Source: a virus
Taxonomy: Duplodnaviria > Caudoviricetes
Strand: one strand, 5' to 3'
Virus record (IMG/VR): IMGVR_UViG_3300024518_001962
Location: 1-60,755 of that record
Length of the DNA stretch: 60,755 nt
Part shown: in pieces, positions 54,008 through 60,755 of the stretch
How the letters are laid out: each line of letters begins with the position of its first letter
Position numbering within the stretch: position 1 is the stretch's first letter
The notes under the pieces: model-generated
Seen by the model: the letters and a program-made list of their open reading frames with translations, nothing else
Told to the model about the DNA's origin: nothing
The model's database searches: none
Program-made: the position numbers and the translations under genes

Positions 54008-54871
54008 CTATTTCAGGTTAATAAGAGGCCTCACCCCGTTTCCACCAAGAACAACAAGCTGGGTGCCAGCCTTAGAGTATAAGATTTTCTCATTCTCTTT
54101 TTGCCGGAAGGCCAAGTATTTCGGCGTCATGCTATCGCCAAGTATTTTGAAGGCTACCGATTCCGCCTGAGCCTCGGCCGCGCGAACCTGCTTCATCTTT
54201 TGAGCGATCTTCATTCGATTGTCAATTCTCAAAAGAGCGACAGCCTGCTTGGCTTTTTCCTCGCCGATTTCAATTTCCCGCTTGCGCTTCTTCTCAACAG
54301 CCTTCGTAATAATTTCAGGGTAATCGAAATTAGAGGAAACTACCGACACGATTTCCATGGGGGTGTCTGCCACAGAGGCAACAAGTATCTTGAATATCTT
54401 CGCCTCAATCTCAGCGCGAGCCGCCCTCATCTGGGTAGTTTCGTATGTGCTGACAACGGCGCGAGATTTTGCTCTGGCCAGGGGCTGAACGTAGGTTCCA
54501 TACAGAACACTAAAAGGCAACACCCTACCTACCGTTGCATTCACTATTTGAGATCCCTTGCGATTAAGCAAGGCCTTGATGCCTTTACCGTCAGACACCC
54601 TGAGGCGTGTTCGGATTTTCACATCGAATTTAAAGTTCAATTCATCCTTCATGAGAACCGACAGCTTCTCGGTAACAGTATCTTCACGATTCTCAACAAG
54701 GATCATCGTGTCCCGGCCCCACGAGGAGTGATTGCCGGGTGCAAGAGTAATCCCAGTCAGGCCATCAGGAGTTTGATTCATCCCGACAAATCCCACCGGC
54801 ACCCTCTCGGTGCAACCGACCATCACGAACAGCAACAATACGACCCACAATGCACTTTTCCACTTTCTCAT
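54008..54871 (-). CDS. SPFH / band 7 (prohibitin-like) lipoprotein
   Basis: Lipobox-like VMVGC, ERVPVGFVG...PG; NFDYPEIITKAVE...AAEAQAES...MTPKYL. Confidence 0.85.
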   Translation of the reverse strand: MRKWKSALWVVLLLFVMVGCTERVPVGFVGMNQTPDGLTGITLAPGNHSSWGRDTMILVENREDTVTEKLSVLMKDELNFKFDVKIRTRLRVSDGKGIKALLNRKGSQIVNATVGRVLPFSVLYGTYVQPLARAKSRAVVSTYETTQMRAARAEIEAKIFKILVASVADTPMEIVSVVSSNFDYPEIITKAVEKKRKREIEIGEEKAKQAVALLRIDNRMKIAQKMKQVRAAEAQAESVAFKILGDSMTPKYLAFRQKENEKILYSKAGTQLVVLGGNGVRPLINLK

Positions 54872-55290
54872 TTCTTCTCTCCCTTAAGAATTTCCCTTAT
54901 GACACGATCTGCCTCAGCGCGTTCCACTTCAGCACCTGGCCGCGCCTGAATAGCCAAATGCCTAATTTCTTCCTTCACTGCTTTTGATACTTTCGGTGGT
55001 GCTGTTACAACAACCTTCTTGGGCGGCGTGAATGGTTGATCCGCTACCTGCTTGCCTGGCGTGAAGGCGAAGAAGTTTAAGGTAATGAATCCAACAAAAA
55101 AAGCCGTCAAAATTGCCATCGTGTAATTGAGATGGAGATTCTTCCCCTTTTGGTATCTGAAGCTTCCACGCCTCGGGCCGCTTCTCACTTGGTGTGTCCT
55201 GAAAAATCGATAGGCCGTAATGCCTATCAAAATAAGAAGGCTATAAGTGATAATCAGCCTTCCAAGATCAAACCAGGTGGTGGGGTTCAT
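54868..55290 (-). CDS. Two-TM membrane protein coupled to SPFH gene
   Basis: Two hydrophobic helices; ATGA overlap. Confidence 0.65.
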   Translation of the reverse strand: MNPTTWFDLGRLIITYSLLILIGITAYRFFRTHQVRSGPRRGSFRYQKGKNLHLNYTMAILTAFFVGFITLNFFAFTPGKQVADQPFTPPKKVVVTAPPKVSKAVKEEIRHLAIQARPGAEVERAEADRVIREILKGEKK

Positions 55291-55625
55291 GCCGTGGCCT
55301 CCTTCGCGTCATAGATTTGCTTCCGGCGATCGTGACTGACACTCCTGCGCTCGTGCGCTTGCGCTACGGACTCGACATCTCGGTTGATGATGTCCCGGTA
55401 GCCTTTACCACCACAGCTTTTACAGGAGCGTTTCGATTCCTTCATCTCCATGTTGGCCGGCTTCTCGATCACAAAATTGCCACGCTTACTTTCCCGGCCA
55501 AAGACGGCCAGCGGATATGGCGTTACGATTTTGATTTCGTACTGAGTTCCCTCGCCGTCACACTGCGAGCAAGTGACTCGCCTCTTACCGATTGGTGCCG
55601 TCATATTGCCTTCGTTCTTGTGCAT
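55287..55625 (-). CDS. DnaJ-type zinc-finger protein
   Basis: CSQCDGEG...CKSCGGKG; C-terminal ERRSVSHDRR. Confidence 0.7.
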   Translation of the reverse strand: MHKNEGNMTAPIGKRRVTCSQCDGEGTQYEIKIVTPYPLAVFGRESKRGNFVIEKPANMEMKESKRSCKSCGGKGYRDIINRDVESVAQAHERRSVSHDRRKQIYDAKEATA

Positions 55626-55647
55626 TGTTCCCTCCTTTCGGGAGATT

Positions 55648-55721
55648 TGGGAGCCAGAGCAGGATTCGAACCTGCGTTCCCAGATCCAAAGTCTGGTGTC
55701 CTGCCGCTAGACGATCCGGCT
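55648..55721 (-). tRNA. tRNA-Gln (TTG)
   Basis: AGCCGGA/TCTGGCT acceptor, CCAGA-CTTTGGA-TCTGG anticodon arm, GTTCGAATC, CCA. Confidence 0.92.
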
Positions 55722-55926
55722 ACGATTTTAAATATCTACCCCAGATATCATCAAGCCATTCACCCTGATCCTCAGTCAGATTTCGGCCTTTATCCAGAAT
55801 GCCTTCTATAAACTCGATATCTTTTACCTTGGCGCCATCGAACTCTTCTTCAAGTTCCTTGGCCCGTTCCATGTCTTCCTTGTGGTCGCGCATTACTTCC
55901 ACCACTTCTTCTTGCGCTTCGACCAA
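55720..55926 (-). CDS. Hypothetical protein
   Basis: DIEFIEGI...LTEDQGEWLDDIW. Confidence 0.6.
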   Translation of the reverse strand: MVEAQEEVVEVMRDHKEDMERAKELEEEFDGAKVKDIEFIEGILDKGRNLTEDQGEWLDDIWGRYLKS

Positions 55927-56078
55927 TAGACATCCCGCATGATTTGCTTGGCCATGCCAAGCTGAAAGCCAACCCGGTAAGCTGGTGTGATACTGAGGTG
56001 CGCTCTCTCCGGCACCTCCAGCCCCGCAGCGTGGTTCTCGCCATCATGAAAGCCTTTAATTCGCATTGCCTTGCTCAT
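55893..56078 (-). CDS. Small hypothetical protein
   Basis: KGFHDG...AYRVGFQLG; SD GAGGAG. Confidence 0.5.
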   Translation of the reverse strand: MSKAMRIKGFHDGENHAAGLEVPERAHLSITPAYRVGFQLGMAKQIMRDVYWSKRKKKWWK

Positions 56079-56234
56079 GACGCACTCCTCGGGTCTTTCG
56101 TTAAGGTGGTACCGTCAGCTTCGAACTTGAAACGGAAACTTTGATCGGAATTCCTGACAACCTGCTTTTCTCCGTTGTCAGTCTGAACCCAGACCAAACC
56201 TCTCGCGTATTCCGTAACCTCATGTTCCTTGCTG

Positions 56235-56495
56235 TCAATTATTATCGTTTCCAACTGGAATCTCCTTCTCTAAGGTTTTCAGCATGGCGTCACGCGCCTT
56301 GCCAGCATCGAAGTATTGCCACCCACTCTTCTTGTCTCTGCTCGTGGCCGAACAGGCGGCCTGCGCTAATTTAAAAGCCAGCGAGCGGAGCTCTTTTCTT
56401 GTCATCCCAGTCCCGCCTCTTTTGCCAGCTTCGCTAATCGGTAAACTTCCGTCATCTGTGCTTTGTTGTATATCCGATGACAAGTAGTGGAGCAA
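56235..56495 (-). CDS. Hypothetical protein
   Basis: ORF in early small-gene array; start uncertain. Confidence 0.45.
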   Translation of the reverse strand: MLHYLSSDIQQSTDDGSLPISEAGKRGGTGMTRKELRSLAFKLAQAACSATSRDKKSGWQYFDAGKARDAMLKTLEKEIPVGNDNN

Positions 56496-56574
56496 AACCG
56501 TTGCTTTATCGCGCCATAATCCTTGACGGGAAAATGAACCTCACATCCATCTCGGGCGCACTGTTTATATCCCA

Positions 56575-56976
56575 CTACTTTGCTCTAGCTGCCTGTGTGG
56601 ATGCCCGGTTATTGCACCACGGCGAGCAATACTTCTGGCTCTTTTTTTCCGGGGTGAATTTCTTCCCGCACGGAACGCCACGGTTCGGCACGATGCAGGT
56701 GCGCTGTGGAAGAAGTTTCTGGATGCGAATTGTCTGGCCCTCGTCCATCGCCTGAATGAGGTTCAGTAGATTCTTCTTTGTCACATGATTCTTTTTGAAA
56801 GGCTTCACGCCTATTCCGATCTTAAACATATCGGTCTTCCTCCTTTTAATTATTCTCTGGCGTACTGGAACCTGGATTGTCTCTCGTTTCTTTGTGCCAA
56901 GGAGAGTAGTGAGATTTGCTTTTAAATTCCTTGGTAATCCTTTCCGCTTTTTCTTTCGAGATCTCCTCGGCCGCAA
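56575..56976 (-). CDS. Protein with CGNR-like zinc finger (true start probably MFKIGIG)
   Basis: C...CGKKFTP...QKYCSPWCNNRA; SD AAGGAGG before MFKI. Confidence 0.6.
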   Translation of the reverse strand: MRPRRSRKKKRKGLPRNLKANLTTLLGTKKRETIQVPVRQRIIKRRKTDMFKIGIGVKPFKKNHVTKKNLLNLIQAMDEGQTIRIQKLLPQRTCIVPNRGVPCGKKFTPEKKSQKYCSPWCNNRASTQAARAK

Positions 56977-57184
56977 CCATGTAAAACTTATCTCCGTACT
57001 TTCCGATTATCGGCGTTTTTTTCGGATCATTTATTAATGCCTCTGCGGCAAGCATGAAGATATGCGTTCGATATAGTGGACTGAGTGATGCCCACCACGC
57101 ATCGATGGCTATTGACTCGGCCACCCTTTCGGGGTCTGCTTCATTGAACGGAATTCTTTCACCAGAATTAAATGGATTTACCAT
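56846..57184 (-). CDS. Hypothetical protein
   Basis: SD AAGGAG. Confidence 0.6.
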   Translation of the reverse strand: MVNPFNSGERIPFNEADPERVAESIAIDAWWASLSPLYRTHIFMLAAEALINDPKKTPIIGKYGDKFYMVAAEEISKEKAERITKEFKSKSHYSPWHKETRDNPGSSTPENN

Positions 57185-57506
57185 GATTAATTGTTCTCCT
57201 TAAATAAGATGAAGGCCCCCGTTCTATAACTGGCAATCTGGAAAGAACGCCGTAGGCTCGCGCTTGGCGATCATGTTTGTCTTGTTCATGATGACGCTCA
57301 TGCGTAGGCGCTCTCGGCGAGCGCAACTGAACCCCTTCTCTCCCTGTTCCGTTGCAGTAAGGGCAATCACCGGGTCTAGGTGGTCCTCGATGAATTATCG
57401 GTCCTTCAATATTATCCCACCGCTTGCGTATATCTTTCATGAACTCATCAGCTAGATGGGTTTTATATTCCTCTTGTTTGATATACTCAGCTATTATCCC
57501 CATCAC
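57168..57506 (-). CDS. Hypothetical protein with CxxCxGxG motif
   Basis: CPYCNGTG. Confidence 0.55.
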   Translation of the reverse strand: MMGIIAEYIKQEEYKTHLADEFMKDIRKRWDNIEGPIIHRGPPRPGDCPYCNGTGREGVQLRSPRAPTHERHHEQDKHDRQARAYGVLSRLPVIERGPSSYLRRTINHGKSI

Positions 57507-57838
57507 TCATCTCCTTTCAATGCGGCGAGGGCTTCATGCACATCTAGTCTCGCCTGATTGTAATTATCGGGTTTGTTTGGCGCACATCGAGGACATACGA
57601 CAGGGACATTTAAATCCTCATAGCCTTGCAGTTTCTCTAACGTCTTAATCAACGCCGCCACATCCTTGCGGAAGGGGGTGAGTTCGGTAGTACAAGTTTC
57701 TCTTAGTTGACTTCGGGCAATCATGTCGTAACTATTTTCTTGGTGGTATCTATGGGTATCAACTATCTTCTCAATCGCATCATCAAGTTGTCTCATCGTT
57801 GGCCTCCAATTCCTCGGCACAATCAACATGGCGTTCAA
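57503..57838 (-). CDS. Hypothetical protein
   Basis: CPRC; likely start MRQLDD with SD GGAGG. Confidence 0.55.
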   Translation of the reverse strand: MNAMLIVPRNWRPTMRQLDDAIEKIVDTHRYHQENSYDMIARSQLRETCTTELTPFRKDVAALIKTLEKLQGYEDLNVPVVCPRCAPNKPDNYNQARLDVHEALAALKGDE

Positions 57839-57897
57839 TATTCTCTTGAGCGGTATTCTTTCGATAATTCCAAATACTAATGCGCCAATCGTGATAT

Positions 57898-58152
57898 TTA
57901 ATCCACATTCTTTTCCACATCATCCACCTCCGTTTCTTTCAGCTTGGCTTTGAGGGCTTCGATTAAATCCTTAATGTGCAATAGGTCAGACCACCTACTT
58001 AAATCTCTTAACTTGTCCTCGGATGCAATCTCTTTCGCCAACTCCACCAACCCTCCCGGCTTCGCTTCGTAGAGGGCTAGGTGTTTGGTGAGTTTGTCTT
58101 GTATGGCGTACAATTCTTTGCGGTGTTCGTCACTGTATAACTCAACCTTCAA
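57898..58152 (-). CDS. Hypothetical protein
   Basis: ORF in small-gene array. Confidence 0.5.
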   Translation of the reverse strand: MKVELYSDEHRKELYAIQDKLTKHLALYEAKPGGLVELAKEIASEDKLRDLSRWSDLLHIKDLIEALKAKLKETEVDDVEKNVD

Positions 58153-58158
58153 CGAGTT

Positions 58159-58971
58159 CTATGCTCGGTCAAGTATTTCCCTCAACGCCGCATTGTCGGC
58201 CTCGGCTTTCTCGGCGCGTTCAAATTGTTTGGCAGACTCTTTAGAGGTCTGTATCTGAGAGCGCATCCATGTGTCACGGCTCTCTTCTGATTTCTCGGCG
58301 CGTTCTCTTGTTTCAATTAACTCTTTTACAAGTTCCATGTGTGAATCTATATTCTGCTTTTCAACCATTTCCACAGCAAGTTTTATGGAAGACTTCTCCG
58401 CTTTCTCAAGGGCGGTGGCGAGTTCACCCATCACCCTTTTTGATATAGGGAAATTGATTAATAATTCAGCTTGCTTTTTCCCCTCCGCAATCAGGGCCGC
58501 TGAGTCGCCGGATGGTTCAGGTTTCTTGAAGTCTCTAGGATTTTTCTCTCCTGACTCGATGCGCTGCCTTGCGTAATTTAATTTACCTAGCAGAGCATTC
58601 AGTGGGTTGCTTTCGGGAGATACCACCAGCATTTGATGAAAAGCTATTAAGCAAACGTCACATAGCTCCTCGTACTCCTCTTCCCAGGAAGAGCTTTCAT
58701 TGACTTCTTGTACTTCGGCATTTAAATGCTCAAGTCTGCTATCGTGATCTGAGCTAGGGTAGAAGTCTTGTGCGAATTTCAATATTTCCGCTGAGAGATC
58801 GCCGGATGGTTCCCCAAGCCGCGCCTTCAACTCTCGCGCTATCGTGGCGGCTAAAGGATAAATGGGTATTTCTAATTTCCCATCAATCACCTCACTCTCC
58901 GCGCTAAGGGTATCTTTGTCCCGCTTTATTACTTCATCACAAATATCATTCCATTCTTCGTTGGTCATCAT
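58159..58971 (-). CDS. MazG-like (DUF550-type dNTP pyrophosphohydrolase) domain protein with coiled-coil tail
   Basis: LEHLNAEVQEV...EEYEELCDV...LLGKL; ERAEKAEA coiled coil. Confidence 0.6.
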   Translation of the reverse strand: MMTNEEWNDICDEVIKRDKDTLSAESEVIDGKLEIPIYPLAATIARELKARLGEPSGDLSAEILKFAQDFYPSSDHDSRLEHLNAEVQEVNESSSWEEEYEELCDVCLIAFHQMLVVSPESNPLNALLGKLNYARQRIESGEKNPRDFKKPEPSGDSAALIAEGKKQAELLINFPISKRVMGELATALEKAEKSSIKLAVEMVEKQNIDSHMELVKELIETRERAEKSEESRDTWMRSQIQTSKESAKQFERAEKAEADNAALREILDRA

Positions 58972-59354
58972 TTCTCCCCCTCATCGGTTTCAAGGAATTT
59001 TTTGTAATCATCATTGCAGTTAGGAAAGTGCGTGATAGTCGCGCCAACATCAGCGTTCGCACCGCAATGATTACATACCTTCATATCCGGCATGCCGTCT
59101 GGCATGTCATCGAGAATGGTTACCTCCTCGGCTTGTTTGACCGCCACCGCTACCTTTCCACCCTTGGGGTGAAGGCCGCCGTACTGGTCAATCACCCCAT
59201 CCTCCCTCACTGGACTCTTGCCGCCAGATAAATCGTACGTGTCATCCTCCGACCAGGCGCAGTTCGGGCAGCCCCATGGGCCGTAAATAACGCCCACACC
59301 GGTATCGGCCTCGTCACGGTGACATTCCACGTTTCCACATTTCGGACAATTCAT
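58968..59354 (-). CDS. Zinc-ribbon hypothetical protein
   Basis: CPKCG..C...DTGVGVIYGPWGCPNCAWSE; SD AAGGAG before MNCPKC. Confidence 0.65.
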   Translation of the reverse strand: MNCPKCGNVECHRDEADTGVGVIYGPWGCPNCAWSEDDTYDLSGGKSPVREDGVIDQYGGLHPKGGKVAVAVKQAEEVTILDDMPDGMPDMKVCNHCGANADVGATITHFPNCNDDYKKFLETDEGEK

Positions 59355-59364
59355 CTCTCTCTCC

Positions 59365-60171
59365 TTAAGCTTGAAATTCCCAGCCATCAATTTCATCATT
59401 TGGAATCTGCCGGGGCGCCACCTCGGGCGGGGGCCAGATGTCTACCCGTTCCTTGAACTCACCAACGTAATAAAACTTGGCACCATTCGAATCCTCCAAC
59501 ACCGTTACCTTTGCGGCCTCCTTGCGCTTGGCCGCATCATCCTTCCATACAAAACACTTTCCGCACCTCTCCTCATACGCCTCGCGCCGTGCATCTATCT
59601 CATCCAAGAACGCCTTGCCCTCATCATCCGGCTCCTTAACCGGCGGCGGTGCGCTCGCGCACGGGGCCAGCATCTCTTCCGGCAACGGCGCATCCAGCGC
59701 ATCACTCCAGTCGATGCTCGTGCGGATGTCCACCACAGCCTCACCGGGCATGTCCTCCACCTGCGATAACCAGTCCTCACCACACCACCGCTCATCCTGC
59801 AGTAAATGCGATACAGGCAATAAATTCTCGTCCACGTAGTCCGACCAGGTGGTCATCCATATGTCATTGTAGTTTGTTCGAAATGGGTCAGGCATGAATG
59901 TGCCGCTATGTATGTCTTCATCGTAATCAGTGTGCCAGCGCGATGCTACATTTTTGCCCATGCGGGATTTGGATGACCATGACTCTCGGCCACCAAATAA
60001 AAGCAAGGAACGTACGTTCTCACTCCCGAATTGCCTGACAACATAATGGTCAATTACCCAACTCTGAATACCCAGCTTCCCGGCCGCATCAATAACAGAA
60101 CGCGAGCTCTTCAGGGCCGCAACTATCTCACTCATGCGCGGGTACTTGGAAGGAAGAGGCAGGTAGGTCAT
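59365..60171 (-). CDS. Hypothetical protein with N-terminal Fis-like HTH
   Basis: IVAALKSSRSVIDAAGKLGIQSWVI. Confidence 0.6.
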   Translation of the reverse strand: MTYLPLPSKYPRMSEIVAALKSSRSVIDAAGKLGIQSWVIDHYVVRQFGSENVRSLLLFGGRESWSSKSRMGKNVASRWHTDYDEDIHSGTFMPDPFRTNYNDIWMTTWSDYVDENLLPVSHLLQDERWCGEDWLSQVEDMPGEAVVDIRTSIDWSDALDAPLPEEMLAPCASAPPPVKEPDDEGKAFLDEIDARREAYEERCGKCFVWKDDAAKRKEAAKVTVLEDSNGAKFYYVGEFKERVDIWPPPEVAPRQIPNDEIDGWEFQA

Positions 60172-60322
60172 TCAATCACCAAAACATCTTTCCATGGAAT
60201 GTGCAGAGGCAACCGGGCATCCTTCGTGTTCATGTAACCAGTGCCGAATCGGAACGAGTCATCAAGGGCCTTCCACATCTCCTTTTGTACTAAATATTTA
60301 GCGATTATTCCGGTTGGCGTCA

Positions 60323-60595
60323 TCACTTATACTCCTTCAACTTGGCGAGGGCACAATCATCCCGGTGCCCCTCCTCACGTTGCCGCTGACAAACAGCGCA
60401 ACCAATTACCTCCTGATAATCAAGGGTAAATTCCAATGACCACTCAATCTCATCGATAAGGGCCAACACATCCCGGTGATAGGGAGCGAGACAACGCCTG
60501 ATGCGTATCTCGGCCATCTCCCTCTGCGCATACTGCTCTGCCTGATTGGGGAAAATTAACCGGGCCGCCTTCTGAATGAATTGTGTGTAGGTCAT
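60323..60595 (-). CDS. Hypothetical protein, first gene of the transcription unit
   Basis: CAVC...GHRDDCALA. Confidence 0.65.
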   Translation of the reverse strand: MTYTQFIQKAARLIFPNQAEQYAQREMAEIRIRRCLAPYHRDVLALIDEIEWSLEFTLDYQEVIGCAVCQRQREEGHRDDCALAKLKEYK

Positions 60596-60601
60596 GAGAC
60601 A

Positions 60602-60630
60602 TATGTACGTGTATATTTAAAGGATGTCAA
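60602..60630 (-). promoter_or_regulatory. Sigma70 promoter (leaderless transcript)
   Basis: TTGACA-N17-TACATA with T-rich UP-like region; predicted +1 falls on ATG 60595. Confidence 0.6.
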
Positions 60631-60755
60631 GTGAAAAAATTATAAAAAAATTCTACTCACATTTTTGTGTGCGCTGTGTCTGCGACTCACTTAGGTTTAG
60701 GTCGGCCTCCGGCGCGCTCGATTTGGGGGGTGCGCGCCATCTCGGCAGCTCACGA

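Larger units (their letters stand above)
1..60755 (-). mobile_element. Near-complete tailed dsDNA phage genome (podovirus-like: portal, HK97-type capsid, gp10-like nozzle, ejection proteins; no tape measure or sheath)
   Basis: Contiguous TerL-portal-scaffold-MCP-adaptor-tail-lysis-ejection modules plus replication module; single-strand gene orientation, frequent ATGA start/stop overlaps; no host housekeeping genes. Confidence 0.95.

Noticed and set aside
36434-54949. Long plus-strand ORFs (36434..37264, 39953..40792, 54101..54949 and similar)
   Set aside because: Antisense shadows of well-supported minus-strand genes with biased codon usage; no motifs
53401-55721. tRNAs as prophage attachment sites
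   Set aside because: Phage genes continue on both sides, no duplicated tRNA 3' end found, no integrase
58159-58971. Evidence for a Z-base or deazaguanine genome
   Set aside because: Only a DUF550-like domain; no purZ, queC/D/E, folE, dpdA or dedicated polymerase in the window
1-60755. Terminal repeat or direct circularity of the window
   Set aside because: The two ends share only loose GC-rich similarity and no exact overlap, so closure cannot be claimed
1-60755. Stop-codon reassignment, DGR/retron, introns or inteins
   Set aside because: Core genes are intact under the standard code with normal lengths; no reverse transcriptase or splicing motifs seen; tRNAs are not suppressors

Overview
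This window is a near-complete (~61 kb) tailed dsDNA bacteriophage genome of podovirus-like architecture, with almost every gene on the minus strand. Read in the direction of transcription (right to left), it has five parts. (1) Small early/accessory genes, an SPFH lipoprotein and two tRNAs (Gln-TTG, Pro-TGG) plus one aberrant tRNA-like RNA (60.6-53.2 kb). (2) Two large putative internal virion proteins, terminase large subunit, portal, GroES, scaffold and major capsid protein (53.2-41.2 kb). (3) Head-tail adaptors, tail fibre, a lysis cassette, a gp10-like nozzle and DNA-ejection proteins (41.1-22.4 kb). (4) A recombination/replication module: DUF1064 nuclease, Sak4-like AAA_24 ATPase, SSB, SF2 helicase, Cas4-like nuclease and Toprim primase-helicase (22.1-13.2 kb). 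(5) Adenine and cytosine methyltransferases, many small paralogous genes, an origin-like non-coding region, and a terminase small subunit that runs off the left end and is missing from the ORF track. I see no integrase, repressor, DNA or RNA polymerase, CRISPR array or reverse transcriptase. The most notable observations are: two stand-alone mini-genes that copy the conserved domain of the capsid scaffold protein; three equally spaced inverted-repeat/IHF-like units at 4.0-4.4 kb; an alternative-frame ORF with its own SD nested in the C5 methyltransferase; a (Y/F)AxGG motif shared by several putative virion cargo proteins, one of which carries an HExxH peptidase motif; and a tRNA-derived RNA with a 12-nt acceptor-stem insertion. 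All family assignments come from motif recognition by eye, not from database searches.
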